Shown here: piece by piece, positions 8,001 through 17,700 of the stretch
How positions within the stretch are numbered: the stretch's first letter is position 1
Layout of the letters: each line of letters opens with the position of its first letter
Assembly (NCBI GenBank): GCA_046542305.1
Contig: JBKHBQ010000003.1
Location: forward strand, 1-39,214
Direction of reading: 5' to 3'
DNA from: Bacteroidales bacterium
Lineage (GTDB): Bacteria > Bacteroidota > Bacteroidia > Bacteroidales > 4484-276
DNA: 39,214 nucleotides
Position numbers and translations under genes: made by a program
The notes under the pieces: model-generated
Told to the model about the DNA's origin: nothing
Database searches by the model: none
What the model saw: only the letters and a program-made list of their open reading frames with translations

Positions 8001-10383
8001 AGCCCTGTTCGATGGTTTCGCCTCCATTTGGATAGGTAACGGTAAGCCCCTCTACACCCACAACCGAATTCACTGCTCCGGGCGTGCCGTTATCCACGAT
8101 GCTGGCAGCCCAGCTTTCGGGGAGGCTGTTGTCGAAAGTTACATCGAGCAACTCCAGCGATGGTCCTGATCCATCAGCTTCCGCTGGCCATGGAGCCCCA
8201 TCGTCATAAGTAACCATATCCAACGTGTTGCCGTCGAAATAATTCAGCTCAACAGTTTCACCCGAGTTCCCCAGGTTACCGCTGGTCCATTGCAGCACAT
8301 CGGTAATTCCGTAATGTTGCATGACAGAATCGGCATTTTTGGCTATGACCATGTAGGTACCATCGGTAAATACGGTTCCCTGCGGGAAGATAAACTCAAT
8401 GCCCTGAGCGAAATACCAATTGCTCATATCCACATCGAATCCACTGTTGTTGTATAGCTCCAGGTATTCGAAATCATCATCGTTGCCAAGGCTTGTGGAT
8501 GGATTATACATAATCTCGTTGATCACAATGTCAGGAACCGGCTGTGGTTCGATAATGGAGAAATATTCATTGCTCACGTCCTGCGGATCGCCGGAATTAA
8601 CACCTTTCACGCGGATTTTGTAGTCATCGCCGGCAGCTTGCGAAGCGGGAATTGTCCATTCGTAGAATCCTGTATTCACAAGGTCGTTCACGATGGTATT
8701 AGGCGTTCCGAACGGGCCTTTCAGCAGAGCAATATCCACATTTCCTGAAAAATCGATATTCTGCCAGGTAATGGTATAGGTAGATCCCTGAACCCACATT
8801 TCATATCCGTCAGGGGAGGTCACAATAATTGTGGGCTCCTGTGCAACAGGTACAATATCTTCCGAGAAACGGCTGGTGAAAAAATCTCCGTTTACACGCG
8901 AATTGGGGATGCCTGTAAGGTTTACTTCTCCCGCCGGAATCGGCGTGTAAAGGTAATCGGCATCGTAGAAGTTGGTCCTGAAATATCCGGTTGAATCCGA
9001 ATTATCTGTAATTTCATACACCGAACCCTCCTGAAAATTTACTCCGGCATCTTCAAATACTGCAGCCTCGATGGTGATCAGCTCCGATTCGTAGGATTCG
9101 AAATCGGCGTAAAGCTCGGCAATGGTAACCACCTCGGGATCGATGATGTTACCGGCCGAAGTAGGATCGCCCGGGTCTTCGGAAGGTGAAAATTGCAGCA
9201 TGTTTCCATATGTATTCAGAACTCCTTTGATGCCGGTTATGCCATCGCCGATTTCATAATCGCTGGTGATCACACCAGGATTGTCATCGATAAGAATGGC
9301 GGCCGTGGCATCCTGTATGAACTTCTGATTTCGCCATACCTGCTGATAGGTGAGGACTACCTCGCCCGAAAGGATGTATTCGTTGCCGAGTGTACCGGCC
9401 CTGAGTTCGGCGATGGTTGAAACCGTGGGTAAGCCTTGTGTGGTGGCACTGGCAGATGGTACGGTACCATCAGTTTTATAATCTACATTCGGACCGGAAT
9501 TGGTATAGGCGTAAATTTCAAAGAAAAATTCGGTGTTGGTAGGTAAGGAAGAAAATATGTAGGATTCCTCTCCATAAACAACGTTTATCGCACCGTTGCC
9601 ATCACTAAAATCCAAATCGTTAACTTCAAATACTCCATCTACGGGTGGTGTGATGGTTGAACTTGTACTTGCCTTGATCAGGTAAGCATCAGGTAACTGT
9701 GTGCCGGTGGCATCGGTCCAGCTAAGGGTAATTTCGATGCCATTCGCTGAAGCAGTAAAATTTGTCGGGTGATTCGAAGGTTCCGGATTAACCGTCCCGC
9801 CACATTCAGCAACATGATATCCAAGGTTATCCCAATAGTTTTGATCATAAACAATCCATTGGGAATCGTCGGCATTTGTTCCTGCAGAAGCAGCCCAGTT
9901 TGTTGTTGGCGAACATACATCAGGCTTTCTGACAATGGTATGGTCCTGAGTTCCATTTTCCAGCCCTGCCACAGGCCAAAATGAACCGGGATCTTCTCCT
10001 TCTACACCTATCACATCTATTAACACACCATCCTTAAACAATCCCACCGCATCATCACCATTAAAATTGATAACGCTGCTGCTGGTAACATCTGCCAAAG
10101 CAAGAATTGAAGCATCGGCTGAACTATGGGCGGCAATATATACATCCCCGTCAGCAAGGATGCCGCTTAGGGTTAATGTATTGCCATAGGGATTCCCATT
10201 ACTGCCTAGTTTTATTTCATAAGCAGATAAATCTACAGTATTCCCGGTCCCATTATAAATTTCTACATATTTATTAAAGCTGCTTCCCTCGGAATATTCC
10301 GAAAAAAACAAATCGGACGCCTGTCCGAAACTAAAATATGTGACAGTAAAAAATAGTACTGTCAGAAACGTAAATCTTTTCAT
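5050..10383 (-). CDS. T9SS type A-sorted protein C (1777 aa): signal peptide, LTD, Fn3-like, OB-fold-like region, 4x Kre9-type Ig interleaved with 3 more LTDs, GWxGISS module, CTD
   Basis: FFSEYSEGSSFNKYVEIYN; three (I/V)xEIMYN..E(Y/W)xE(L/I)YN..WP..xDxxGPSL units; four PxGxExxxQG..I.W units; C-terminal IWPNPA..GYYFIK. Confidence 0.9.
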   Translation of the reverse strand: MKRFTFLTVLFFTVTYFSFGQASDLFFSEYSEGSSFNKYVEIYNGTGNTVDLSAYEIKLGSNGNPYGNTLTLSGILADGDVYIAAHSSADASILALADVTSSSVINFNGDDAVGLFKDGVLIDVIGVEGEDPGSFWPVAGLENGTQDHTIVRKPDVCSPTTNWAASAGTNADDSQWIVYDQNYWDNLGYHVAECGGTVNPEPSNHPTNFTASANGIEITLSWTDATGTQLPDAYLIKASTSSTITPPVDGVFEVNDLDFSDGNGAINVVYGEESYIFSSLPTNTEFFFEIYAYTNSGPNVDYKTDGTVPSASATTQGLPTVSTIAELRAGTLGNEYILSGEVVLTYQQVWRNQKFIQDATAAILIDDNPGVITSDYEIGDGITGIKGVLNTYGNMLQFSPSEDPGDPTSAGNIIDPEVVTIAELYADFESYESELITIEAAVFEDAGVNFQEGSVYEITDNSDSTGYFRTNFYDADYLYTPIPAGEVNLTGIPNSRVNGDFFTSRFSEDIVPVAQEPTIIVTSPDGYEMWVQGSTYTITWQNIDFSGNVDIALLKGPFGTPNTIVNDLVNTGFYEWTIPASQAAGDDYKIRVKGVNSGDPQDVSNEYFSIIEPQPVPDIVINEIMYNPSTSLGNDDDFEYLELYNNSGFDVDMSNWYFAQGIEFIFPQGTVFTDGTYMVIAKNADSVMQHYGITDVLQWTSGNLGNSGETVELNYFDGNTLDMVTYDDGAPWPAEADGSGPSLELLDVTFDNSLPESWAASIVDNGTPGAVNSVVGVEGLTVTYPNGGETIEQGSSVSITWDYFGFNGLIKIELITDTKNREVLAENIPVTDGLWDWEVPSDQPVGDNYKIKISDMDDGMPMDESDGVFSIVEFVVPAITVLEPNGGEVWAQGTTHTISWTSEFFSGDVKIELSDGSQTTLIEASVPAAQGSYEWEIPADQTPGINYTVIISDVSTGTPSDESDAPFSIIEPAAAPDLVITEIMYNTPSYDNEWIEIYNNEAFTVDLEGFYILDDNDSHIPVVFPDGYSIAPGQYFTVSLELLAPPLPFTPDFVGDAQWSLGNSGDDVRLFDPVGQLVDIVSYEDGSPWPTEPDGDGPSLSLLVPTIDNSLPESWAASLQDGGSPGAENFPVEPVITVTDPNGGETIQQGSTFNITWTWANFEGYVMIELLTPEKATASVIADNVPVTDGSYDWLVTQVVGDGYIIRISDVEDGEPMDESDGTFSIVPAAQLPDVVINEIMYNPPESGIDSLEYIELYNNGDVAVNLEGWYFLEGINYTFPDYMLGAGEYVLVAVDADVMFNTFGVVALEWTSGGLSNGGEDIDLRNHLGEQIDYVDYDDGGAWPVAPDEYGPSLALLDPALDNSLADSWKAETQNTVLNAEGYPIYGSPGAANFLLPAQGILISGGWTGISSYVLPTDPSIEPMMDLIVEDLTVMQDFNSIYFPLYNVNTIVNWNYEKGYQLKMDEPRYHVIYGPTVTDKNVDLNEGWNSLPVLSECPVDAAALFGGLTDLIFVKEMGSDKIYWPGGGIFTLDYLMPGNAYFIKVSANTVVTFPDCAAKFSIPQPQQSTQAETVWNPVAPAAVSHAIGFSEAAFASLREGDLIAALTENGYCAGILEVNGQQAAMMVWGDDVYTSDVDGFAEEEQFSFAVYRQSTGETFEVLAEYDLSYADAGDFTTHGISYVTNLTMGTTGIDQPAHADISIWPNPAADVLHISLSGAVYTDVEIYSSLGQKVYSGEIAGQQAAINISSLNKGYYFIKFVNRSSGVQETLNFIRK

Positions 10384-10426
10384 GATGTAATGTTTTTAGG
10401 TTAGTAAATATCCTCCTTAACTAAGA

Positions 10427-10470
10427 CAAAAATAGCTGTACCGAAAGAACTGAATGCTTCCGGTACAGCC
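10427..10470 (-). terminator. Hairpin with short U-tract between genes B and C
   Basis: Minus strand GGCTGTACCGGAAG-N9-CTTTCGGTACAGCT-ATTTTTG (14 bp). The tail also reads TATTTTTG, a Bacteroidota -7 promoter box. Confidence 0.6.
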
Positions 10471-10478
10471 GTAATATA

Positions 10479-13400
10479 TTATTCAATAATCAATCGTTCA
10501 ATAGCATAATCACCTTCAACACTGAAAAGCCTGATGATGTACATTCCTGCATCGAGGTTTCTCAGGTCGAGCTGGTTTTGATATCCCGAAAGCGCTGTCG
10601 AAAGGATCAGGCTGCCGGTAAGATTATATACTTCTGCCCTGTTGATCTGCACTTTGCTGCTGAGGTTAACCAGTCCGTTGCCGGGGTTTGGATAAACAGC
10701 AATAAGCTTTTCGTGAAGCTTTTCGCCTACCGAGGTGGTTTCGGATACCAGGATGTTGTCCACTTCCCAGGTAGAAGCTTCTTCGGTGGTGGAATGATAT
10801 ACAAATGCAATGTAGAGCATGCCGTCAGCATAATCACTAATGTCGATGTTACCGGATTCCGTCCATTCATAGTCTCCCGGCGACCATGCAGCCATTGCAG
10901 TCAGGTCGGTCCATGTACCTGCGGAAGGATCACCGGAGCCGTCATAATCGGTCGACACCATCAGTTCGAGCTGCGGGCCTTCAAATTTCATGGCAGAATA
11001 GAAGTTGAGTATTTCGCCGGATGAATTGGTAAGGTCGATGGCCGGTGAAATCAGCCAGTCTTCATTTTCAAACGCTCCGCCGGAATAGCCGCTCATTTTG
11101 GCGCAGGGCGAATCTTCGATTCCATACTGGTCGGTGCGCACCCATTCCTGATCTCCGGTCACGCTAACCGGTGTCCATCCGCCCCAATCCTGGTTAAAGT
11201 CCGTAAACAGGATGTAGGGAGATTCGCCGGTGATGGCCTGTGCCATGGGCGGTGTACCATCGGTTTTGTAATCTATCTGCGATCCCGAATTCGTGTACGG
11301 GAAAATTTTAAAATAATAGGTGGTGTTCTCCATCAGGCTGACAAACTGGTAGGCCTGCATGCCCTGCGGAATATTTATTGCTCCCGAACCGTCGGCGAGG
11401 TTAGTATCGTCGGCCACGGGGGTTCCGTCCTGCGGCAGTGCAATGTTGTCTTCATCGCTTGCCAGGATCAGGTAAGCTTCAGGCAGAACCTCTCCGGTAG
11501 CATCGGCCCATGAAAGGTCAATCTTCAGTTCCTCGGCCACAGCCGTAAAAACAGTGGGATAATTGGTCGGCTCCGGCATGGCTTCTGATTGTGTAACTTC
11601 GATGTTGTCAACTTCCCAGGTAGAAGCCTCCGATGTATTTGAATAATAAGTAAACGCGATGAAAATGGTATTGCCCGAATAAGCTGAGATATCGATGGTT
11701 CCCGATGGTACCCAATCGTATCCGCCATCAGACCACGACGCCAGATCAGTAAGATCGCTCCAGGTGAAATCATTTGGATTGCCTGATCCGTCGTAATCCG
11801 TTGAAACGCGCAGTTCGAGTTGGGGCCCGGGGAAATTCATTGCCGAGAAGAACTCAAGTACTTCATTGCTGGTGTTGGTCAGATTTATGGCCGGCGAAAT
11901 CAGCCAGTCCTCATTATCCTGTGCACCTCCGGAATAGCCGCTGATGCGGGCACAGGGCGAGTCTTCGATGCCATACTGCTCGGTACGTTCCCATACCTGT
12001 TCGCCAGTTACATTCACCTGCGTCCATCCACCCCAGTCTTCATTAAAATCGGTAAAGAGAAGGTACGGTGAAGATCCTGTGGTAGCTTCTGCCGAAGGTG
12101 CTGTGCCGTCGGTTTTAAAATCGATATCCGAGCCTGAATTGGTATACGGATAGATCATGAAATAATAGGTGGTGTTCTGCATCAGATTTGCAAACTGATA
12201 GGATTCCACACCTGCCATTACATTTACGGCTGCGGCGCCATCGTTCAGGTTTGTATCGTCCGAAACGGGTTCGCCGTCCTGAGGAATGTCGAAGGTGTTG
12301 TCGTCGCTGGCCAGGATCAGATATCCTGTGGGAATAACCGCGCCGGTGGCATCCGTCCACGAAAGTGTGATGTCGAGGTTGTTGGCCGTGGCTGCGAAAT
12401 CGGTGGGATAGTTGGTGGGCTCACCCACAATTTCCGACTGGGTTACTTCCACGTTGTCGATTTCCCAGTTTGCCGCACCGGCAGTGGTGGAATAATAGGT
12501 GTAGGCAATGTACACCATATTTCCTGAAAAGCCAGCCAGATCAATACTTCCCGACTCGGTCCATTCAAAACTGCCTTCCGACCAGTTGACCTGCGAAGTA
12601 AGATCGGTCCAGGTAAAATCGTTGGGATTGCCCGAACCGTCATAATCTGTTGACACGCGCAGTTCGAGCTGCGGCCCGTCGTAACTGGTAGCCGAATAAA
12701 ACTTCAGGGTTTCTCCATTGGTAGCCGTAAAGTCCAGTACGGGAGAAATCAGCCAGTCCTCGTTGTCGAGGGGGCCGCCGGAATATCCGCTCATCAGGGC
12801 GCAAGGCGTGCCGTTGATACCATAGGTGTTGTCGCGGCTCCATTCCTGATCGCCGGTTACACTATAGGTCATCCATCCGCCCCAGTCGTCGTTGAAATCG
12901 GTGTAAAGCAGATAGGGTGAATCGCCGGTAGTAGCCTCAGCATAGGGTGCAGTGCCGTCGGTTTTATAGTCGATGGAAGAGCCCGCATTGGTGTAGGGGA
13001 AGATCATGAAATAATAGGTAGTATTTTCCATCAGGTTGCTGAACTGGTAGGCTTCCGTGCCCGCCATTACATTTATGGCGGCGTATCCGTCGCTCAGGTT
13101 CGGGTCGTTGGAAACCGGTGTGCCGTCAACGGGCAGGTCGATATCATCATCTTCGCTGCCGATAAGCAGGTAACCCTGCGGAATCACCTCACCGGTGGCA
13201 TCCGTCCAGCTAACCGTAATATTTAGATTACTTCCGTTGGCTGCAAATGCAGTAGGATAATTTGTGGGTTCCGGAAGCACCGTACCACCGCAATTGGCAG
13301 TATGCATGCCCAGGTCATCCCAATAGTTGATATCATTCACAATCCACTGCGAATCGTCGGCATTGGTACCCGCCGAAGCTGTCCAGTCGGTGGTGGGCGA

Positions 13401-13868
13401 GCAAACATCAGGCTTCCTGATCAGGGTATGATCTATTGTTCCTTCCACACCGGCAACCATCCAGGCAACTCCCGGATTTTCACCTTCCACACCGATTACG
13501 TCGATCAGGGTTCCGTCCTTGAACAGCCCCAAGGCATCGTTTCCATTGAAATTGATCACCGAACTGCTGGTAAGGTTTGCAATGGCAAGAATCTCATCCG
13601 AAGCCTGCGCATGCGAAACCACATACACACCGCCATCTTCGAGGGTTCCTTCAAGTGTGACGGAATTTTCCATGAGATTGCCGTTGCTGCCGATCTTGAG
13701 TTCGTAAATGGTTAAATCCACCGGTGCTCCGGTTCCGTTGTATATTTCGATGTATTTATTGTAGCTACTTCCCTCGGCATATTCCGAGATAAAAAGATCA
13801 GTAGCCTGTCCTAATGTCGTTGTGGCTGAAATCATGATTGCCACCATTAAAAAGAAAAGTTTTTTCAT
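10479..13868 (-). CDS. T9SS type A-sorted protein B (1129 aa): signal peptide, LTD, 3x [Fn3-like + choice-of-anchor-J/cleaved-adhesin-like], CTD
   Basis: LFISEYAEGSSYNKYIEIYN; three EPTNYPT..YYFxIxPYTN units, each followed by NEDWLISP..WE(I/V)DN; C-terminal VYPNP..GMYIIRL. Confidence 0.9.
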   Translation of the reverse strand: MKKLFFLMVAIMISATTTLGQATDLFISEYAEGSSYNKYIEIYNGTGAPVDLTIYELKIGSNGNLMENSVTLEGTLEDGGVYVVSHAQASDEILAIANLTSSSVINFNGNDALGLFKDGTLIDVIGVEGENPGVAWMVAGVEGTIDHTLIRKPDVCSPTTDWTASAGTNADDSQWIVNDINYWDDLGMHTANCGGTVLPEPTNYPTAFAANGSNLNITVSWTDATGEVIPQGYLLIGSEDDDIDLPVDGTPVSNDPNLSDGYAAINVMAGTEAYQFSNLMENTTYYFMIFPYTNAGSSIDYKTDGTAPYAEATTGDSPYLLYTDFNDDWGGWMTYSVTGDQEWSRDNTYGINGTPCALMSGYSGGPLDNEDWLISPVLDFTATNGETLKFYSATSYDGPQLELRVSTDYDGSGNPNDFTWTDLTSQVNWSEGSFEWTESGSIDLAGFSGNMVYIAYTYYSTTAGAANWEIDNVEVTQSEIVGEPTNYPTDFAATANNLDITLSWTDATGAVIPTGYLILASDDNTFDIPQDGEPVSDDTNLNDGAAAVNVMAGVESYQFANLMQNTTYYFMIYPYTNSGSDIDFKTDGTAPSAEATTGSSPYLLFTDFNEDWGGWTQVNVTGEQVWERTEQYGIEDSPCARISGYSGGAQDNEDWLISPAINLTNTSNEVLEFFSAMNFPGPQLELRVSTDYDGSGNPNDFTWSDLTDLASWSDGGYDWVPSGTIDISAYSGNTIFIAFTYYSNTSEASTWEVDNIEVTQSEAMPEPTNYPTVFTAVAEELKIDLSWADATGEVLPEAYLILASDEDNIALPQDGTPVADDTNLADGSGAINIPQGMQAYQFVSLMENTTYYFKIFPYTNSGSQIDYKTDGTPPMAQAITGESPYILFTDFNQDWGGWTPVSVTGDQEWVRTDQYGIEDSPCAKMSGYSGGAFENEDWLISPAIDLTNSSGEILNFYSAMKFEGPQLELMVSTDYDGSGDPSAGTWTDLTAMAAWSPGDYEWTESGNIDISDYADGMLYIAFVYHSTTEEASTWEVDNILVSETTSVGEKLHEKLIAVYPNPGNGLVNLSSKVQINRAEVYNLTGSLILSTALSGYQNQLDLRNLDAGMYIIRLFSVEGDYAIERLIIE
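10735..13277 (-). repeat. Three tandem 849-nt (283-aa) intragenic repeats in gene B
   Basis: The Glu codon of EPTNYPT falls at 13269, 12420 and 11571, each 849 nt apart. Confidence 0.9.
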
Positions 13869-13903
13869 GTGATTCCGTTTTTTATTTTAATTTATATAAA
13901 TGT

Positions 13904-14659
13904 TTAATTAATAATCAGCTTGTTGGTTACTATTTCGCCGGTAAGCTTGTTGGTGATGTGCAACAAATAAATTCCCGGCATTTTGTCCCTCAGGTCGATA
14001 AGCATTTCGTTACCTGTAGTTTGATCTTCAAAGATCAACTCTCCTGTGAGGTTGTAAACTTTTACAAATCGGCTGTCCGTATTCCCAAAATCCACTGAAA
14101 ACAAGCCTTCCCCCGGATTGGGATAAATTGAAAGCATTGTCCGGGGAGGTTCGTTCACCCCTATAAATTCGCAAAACTCTCCCGGAGTAGCGAACAGATC
14201 CTGCCCCTGCGAATTCTGCCCAGCTAAAGACACAGACGCATACCATAGTTCACCCACGTTATTATCTTCGGTTGGGTAACAGAAGGTGAGCGAAGGCCCG
14301 TTGCCATCAGGTTCGAGGGGCCAGGGTGCGGCATCCGAATATTCCACCTGGTCGATAATGTTTCCGCTCAGATCCATGATCTGTAACAATTCTCCGCCAT
14401 TGCTCAATGCTCCGTCGGTCCATTGTTCGGCTTCAATACCAAAGGCATCCTGGAAAGCATCGGCATTTTTGGCCACCAGGAAAAATTCGCCTGCACCAAG
14501 CACCACCGGCGGAAATTCAAACTCTATCCCGTCAGAAAAATACAAGCCGCCCAGGTTTACCGAAGATCCGAAATTGTAGAGTTCAATAAATTCGAGAACA
14601 TCCTCGCCACTTTCCGGCGGATTGTACATGATTTCGGTGATCACAAGGTTGTAATCCAT
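13904..14659 (-). CDS. C-terminal part of protein A: LTD + T9SS type A CTD
   Basis: LVITEIMYNPP..EFIELYN..WP.EPDGNGPSL and SIYPNP..GIYLL..KLII. There is no signal peptide and it is in frame with the upstream ORF. Confidence 0.7.
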   Translation of the reverse strand: MDYNLVITEIMYNPPESGEDVLEFIELYNFGSSVNLGGLYFSDGIEFEFPPVVLGAGEFFLVAKNADAFQDAFGIEAEQWTDGALSNGGELLQIMDLSGNIIDQVEYSDAAPWPLEPDGNGPSLTFCYPTEDNNVGELWYASVSLAGQNSQGQDLFATPGEFCEFIGVNEPPRTMLSIYPNPGEGLFSVDFGNTDSRFVKVYNLTGELIFEDQTTGNEMLIDLRDKMPGIYLLHITNKLTGEIVTNKLIIN

Positions 14660-14785
14660 TACTTCCAGAACCGAAATATAGTCCGTTTTAGTTTCGGTTG
14701 TGGATCCGTTCTGGTTGGAAACGGTGAGCGATACGTCGAAGAGGCCTGCAGAATTATAGGTTATCTGCCCCGGATTCTGCTGGTT

Positions 14786-17700
14786 CTACCCGGACGGTGT
14801 GCCGCCCTCGAAGGTCCAATCCCAGCTTGTAGGATTTCCTGCAGACTGATCGGTGAAGGTGATGCTTTCGCCGACAAAAATGGTAGTTTCGCTGGCAGTG
14901 AAGGCTGCCTGCGGCGGCGGGATCACCTGCACGGTGATGTAATCTGCCTTGACTTCGGTATCCGAGCCATAGGCGTTGGTAGCTGTTAAGGTCACATCAA
15001 ACGACCCGGCGGTATTATAAGTGATCCCGGTCGGGTTTTGTACCGTAGACGAAGATGGTGTGCCGCCTTCAAAGGTCCACTGCCATGAGGTGGGCACGTT
15101 TGTGGAAAGGTCTGTAAAATCGATGCTTTCACCTACATAGATAGTGGTGAGGTTTGCGGCAAAATTGGCTGCCGGTGGTGGCGGCAATTCGAATACCTCG
15201 ATAAAATCCTCTTTTGTTTCGGTGCTTTGCCCGTAGGCATTGGTTACGGTAAGCGAAACATCATAGGTTCCGGCGGTGTTGTAAACGACCGCCGGTGGAA
15301 TCTGTCCGTTGAACGTGGACGGTGTGCCTCCCTGGAAGGTCCATTCCCAGTTGGTGGGGTTACCGGTTGAAAGATCGGTGAAATTCACACTTTGCCCTTC
15401 CTGAATGGAGGTGTTGTCGGCGGTGAATTCGGCAAATGGCAAAATGGCACATCCGGTTCCGGGTGTTGCCCAGATGGTATCGTTGGCAGTGTTTACGGCT
15501 GCAAATTCGGTTGAGATGGTCCAGTTTTCAGCAATGTTGTTGTCCAGATCAGGATTGCAGAAGGTAAGCGAGGGGCCGTAACCATCTGCAAGTGTATCCC
15601 ACGGAAGTTCAGGGCTGTAATCCACCATGTCGACCAGGTTGCCAAACTTGTCCATGAGTTGGACATCTTCGCCGCCGTTGTTCAGCGCACCGTTGGTCCA
15701 CTGGTAGGCCGTTACCCCGAAAGTATTGTACATAGCCTGTGCATTGACGGAAACCAGCAGGTATTCGCCCGGATTGATCGTGGCAGCGGGAAACGTAAAT
15801 TCAATACCCTCTGAGAAATAATAATCCGTCAGATCTACCGCATTTATATCGTTGTTGTAAATCTCAAGAAACTCCAGAGAATCGTTGCCTGCTTCAGGCG
15901 GGTTGTACATAATTTCCGTGATCACCAAAAATGGAACTTCCACGGGTTCGATAATCGAGAATACATCGTCGCTTTCATCCATCGGATCTCCATCCTCGGC
16001 ATCAGAAATTTTAATTTTATACTGATCACCGGTAGGCTGACCTGCGGGAACAAGCCAGGTCCATTCGCCAAGGCTTACGTCTACGGCATCGGCCAGAACC
16101 GTGCTGCCGCCGTTGATCAGTTCGATTTTAATATCGCCGTCAAAATTCAGGTAGCTCCAGGTAATGTCATAGGTTTCGCCCTGCTGGAAATATTCACCGC
16201 CATTGGGATAAACCACCGTAAGAACCGGTTCGGCCGGGAAATTCAGTTCACCCGGTGTACCAAAGTTTTGAAAGCTGGCAGCCCAGTTTTCGGCCACATT
16301 GTTGTCGAGCTCAGGATCGAGCAGCGAAAGCGACGGCCCGTTTCCATCGGGTTCAGTGGGCCAGGGGGCATTGTCGCTGTAGATCACAATATCGATCTGA
16401 TTTCCTGCGGCATCTGCTAATTCCACGGTTTCGCCCCCATTATTGAGCGCACCACCGGCAAAAGGTCCCACCAAATTGGTGATGCCATAAAAACTGGCGA
16501 TGCTGTCGGGTACGCGGGCAATCACCAGGTATTCGCCGGCGCCGATCACCGTTCCCGGTTCAAAAGTAAATTCGATACCATTGCTGAAATACCAGTTGCT
16601 AAGATCTACCGTTTCGTTCTCATTGTTGTAAATCTCAAGGTATTCCCAATAGTCGTCATTGCCGAGCTCCGGAGGAGGGTTATACATAATCTCGTTGATA
16701 ACAATATCGTAAATCGTCGGCGGCTCAATCACTGAAAAGATGCCGCTATAGCCGGTGACATCGGCTGCCACATCGGTAATGCGGATCTGGTAATCGTTGC
16801 CGGGTTCCTGACCGGCCGGAATATCCCACGCCCATGAACCTGCATTGGCTACCGCAGTTCCCAGCGTGGTCCAGGTTGGGGTGCCGGCAGAGGCGTTATC
16901 GGTCACTTCGATGGTTACATTGTCGAGCGTGTTGAGGGCATTCCAGGTGATGTTGTAGCTGTTGCCCTGGATCCATGCGGCGCCTGCTGCGGGAGTGATC
17001 ACCGAGATGATCGGTGTGGCGCTGCCGCCTGCCGTAATCTGTATTTCGTCCACCTCCCAGGTGGCTGCTTCCAGGTTATCGGAAACATATTTAAAGGCAA
17101 TGTGCACGTTGTCACTTTCAAATCCCGAAACATCAAGGTATTCCGAGAAGGTCCATTCCCAAAAAGGATCGCCGCTGGCCAGCACCGGATTCAGTTCGGT
17201 CCAGGTGGCAGCATTGGGATCGCCGCCGCCGTCATAGTCGGTGGAAACCAGGACCGAGAGCTGCTGTTCGGTAGTGGGATAGCCCACGGCCGTGTAAAAG
17301 CTGAGGATTTCGTTGTCGTACTGCGTGAAGTCGAAGGAGGGAGAAATCAGCCAGTCTTCGTTTTCCTGGGCGCCTCCTAAGAACCCACTCATTTTTGCAC
17401 ACGGCGTACCGCCAATCCCGAACGAATTATCGCGGTCCCAAACCTGATCGCCAATCACGCTCACGGTTTCATATCCGCCCCAGCTTTCATCAAACCCTTC
17501 AAAATGTATGGTGATAACGTTAGAAGTGGTAGCCTGTGCCGAGGGTGGTGTACCATCGGTTTTATAATCCACATTGGGTCCGGAATTGGTGTATGGAAAT
17601 ATTTTGAAATAGTAAGTAGTATTGGCCGGAAGGTTGGCAAAGGAGAAGTTTTCCTGTCCAAAGGCTACGTTGGCAGCGCCTTCGCCATCGTTCAGGTCTA

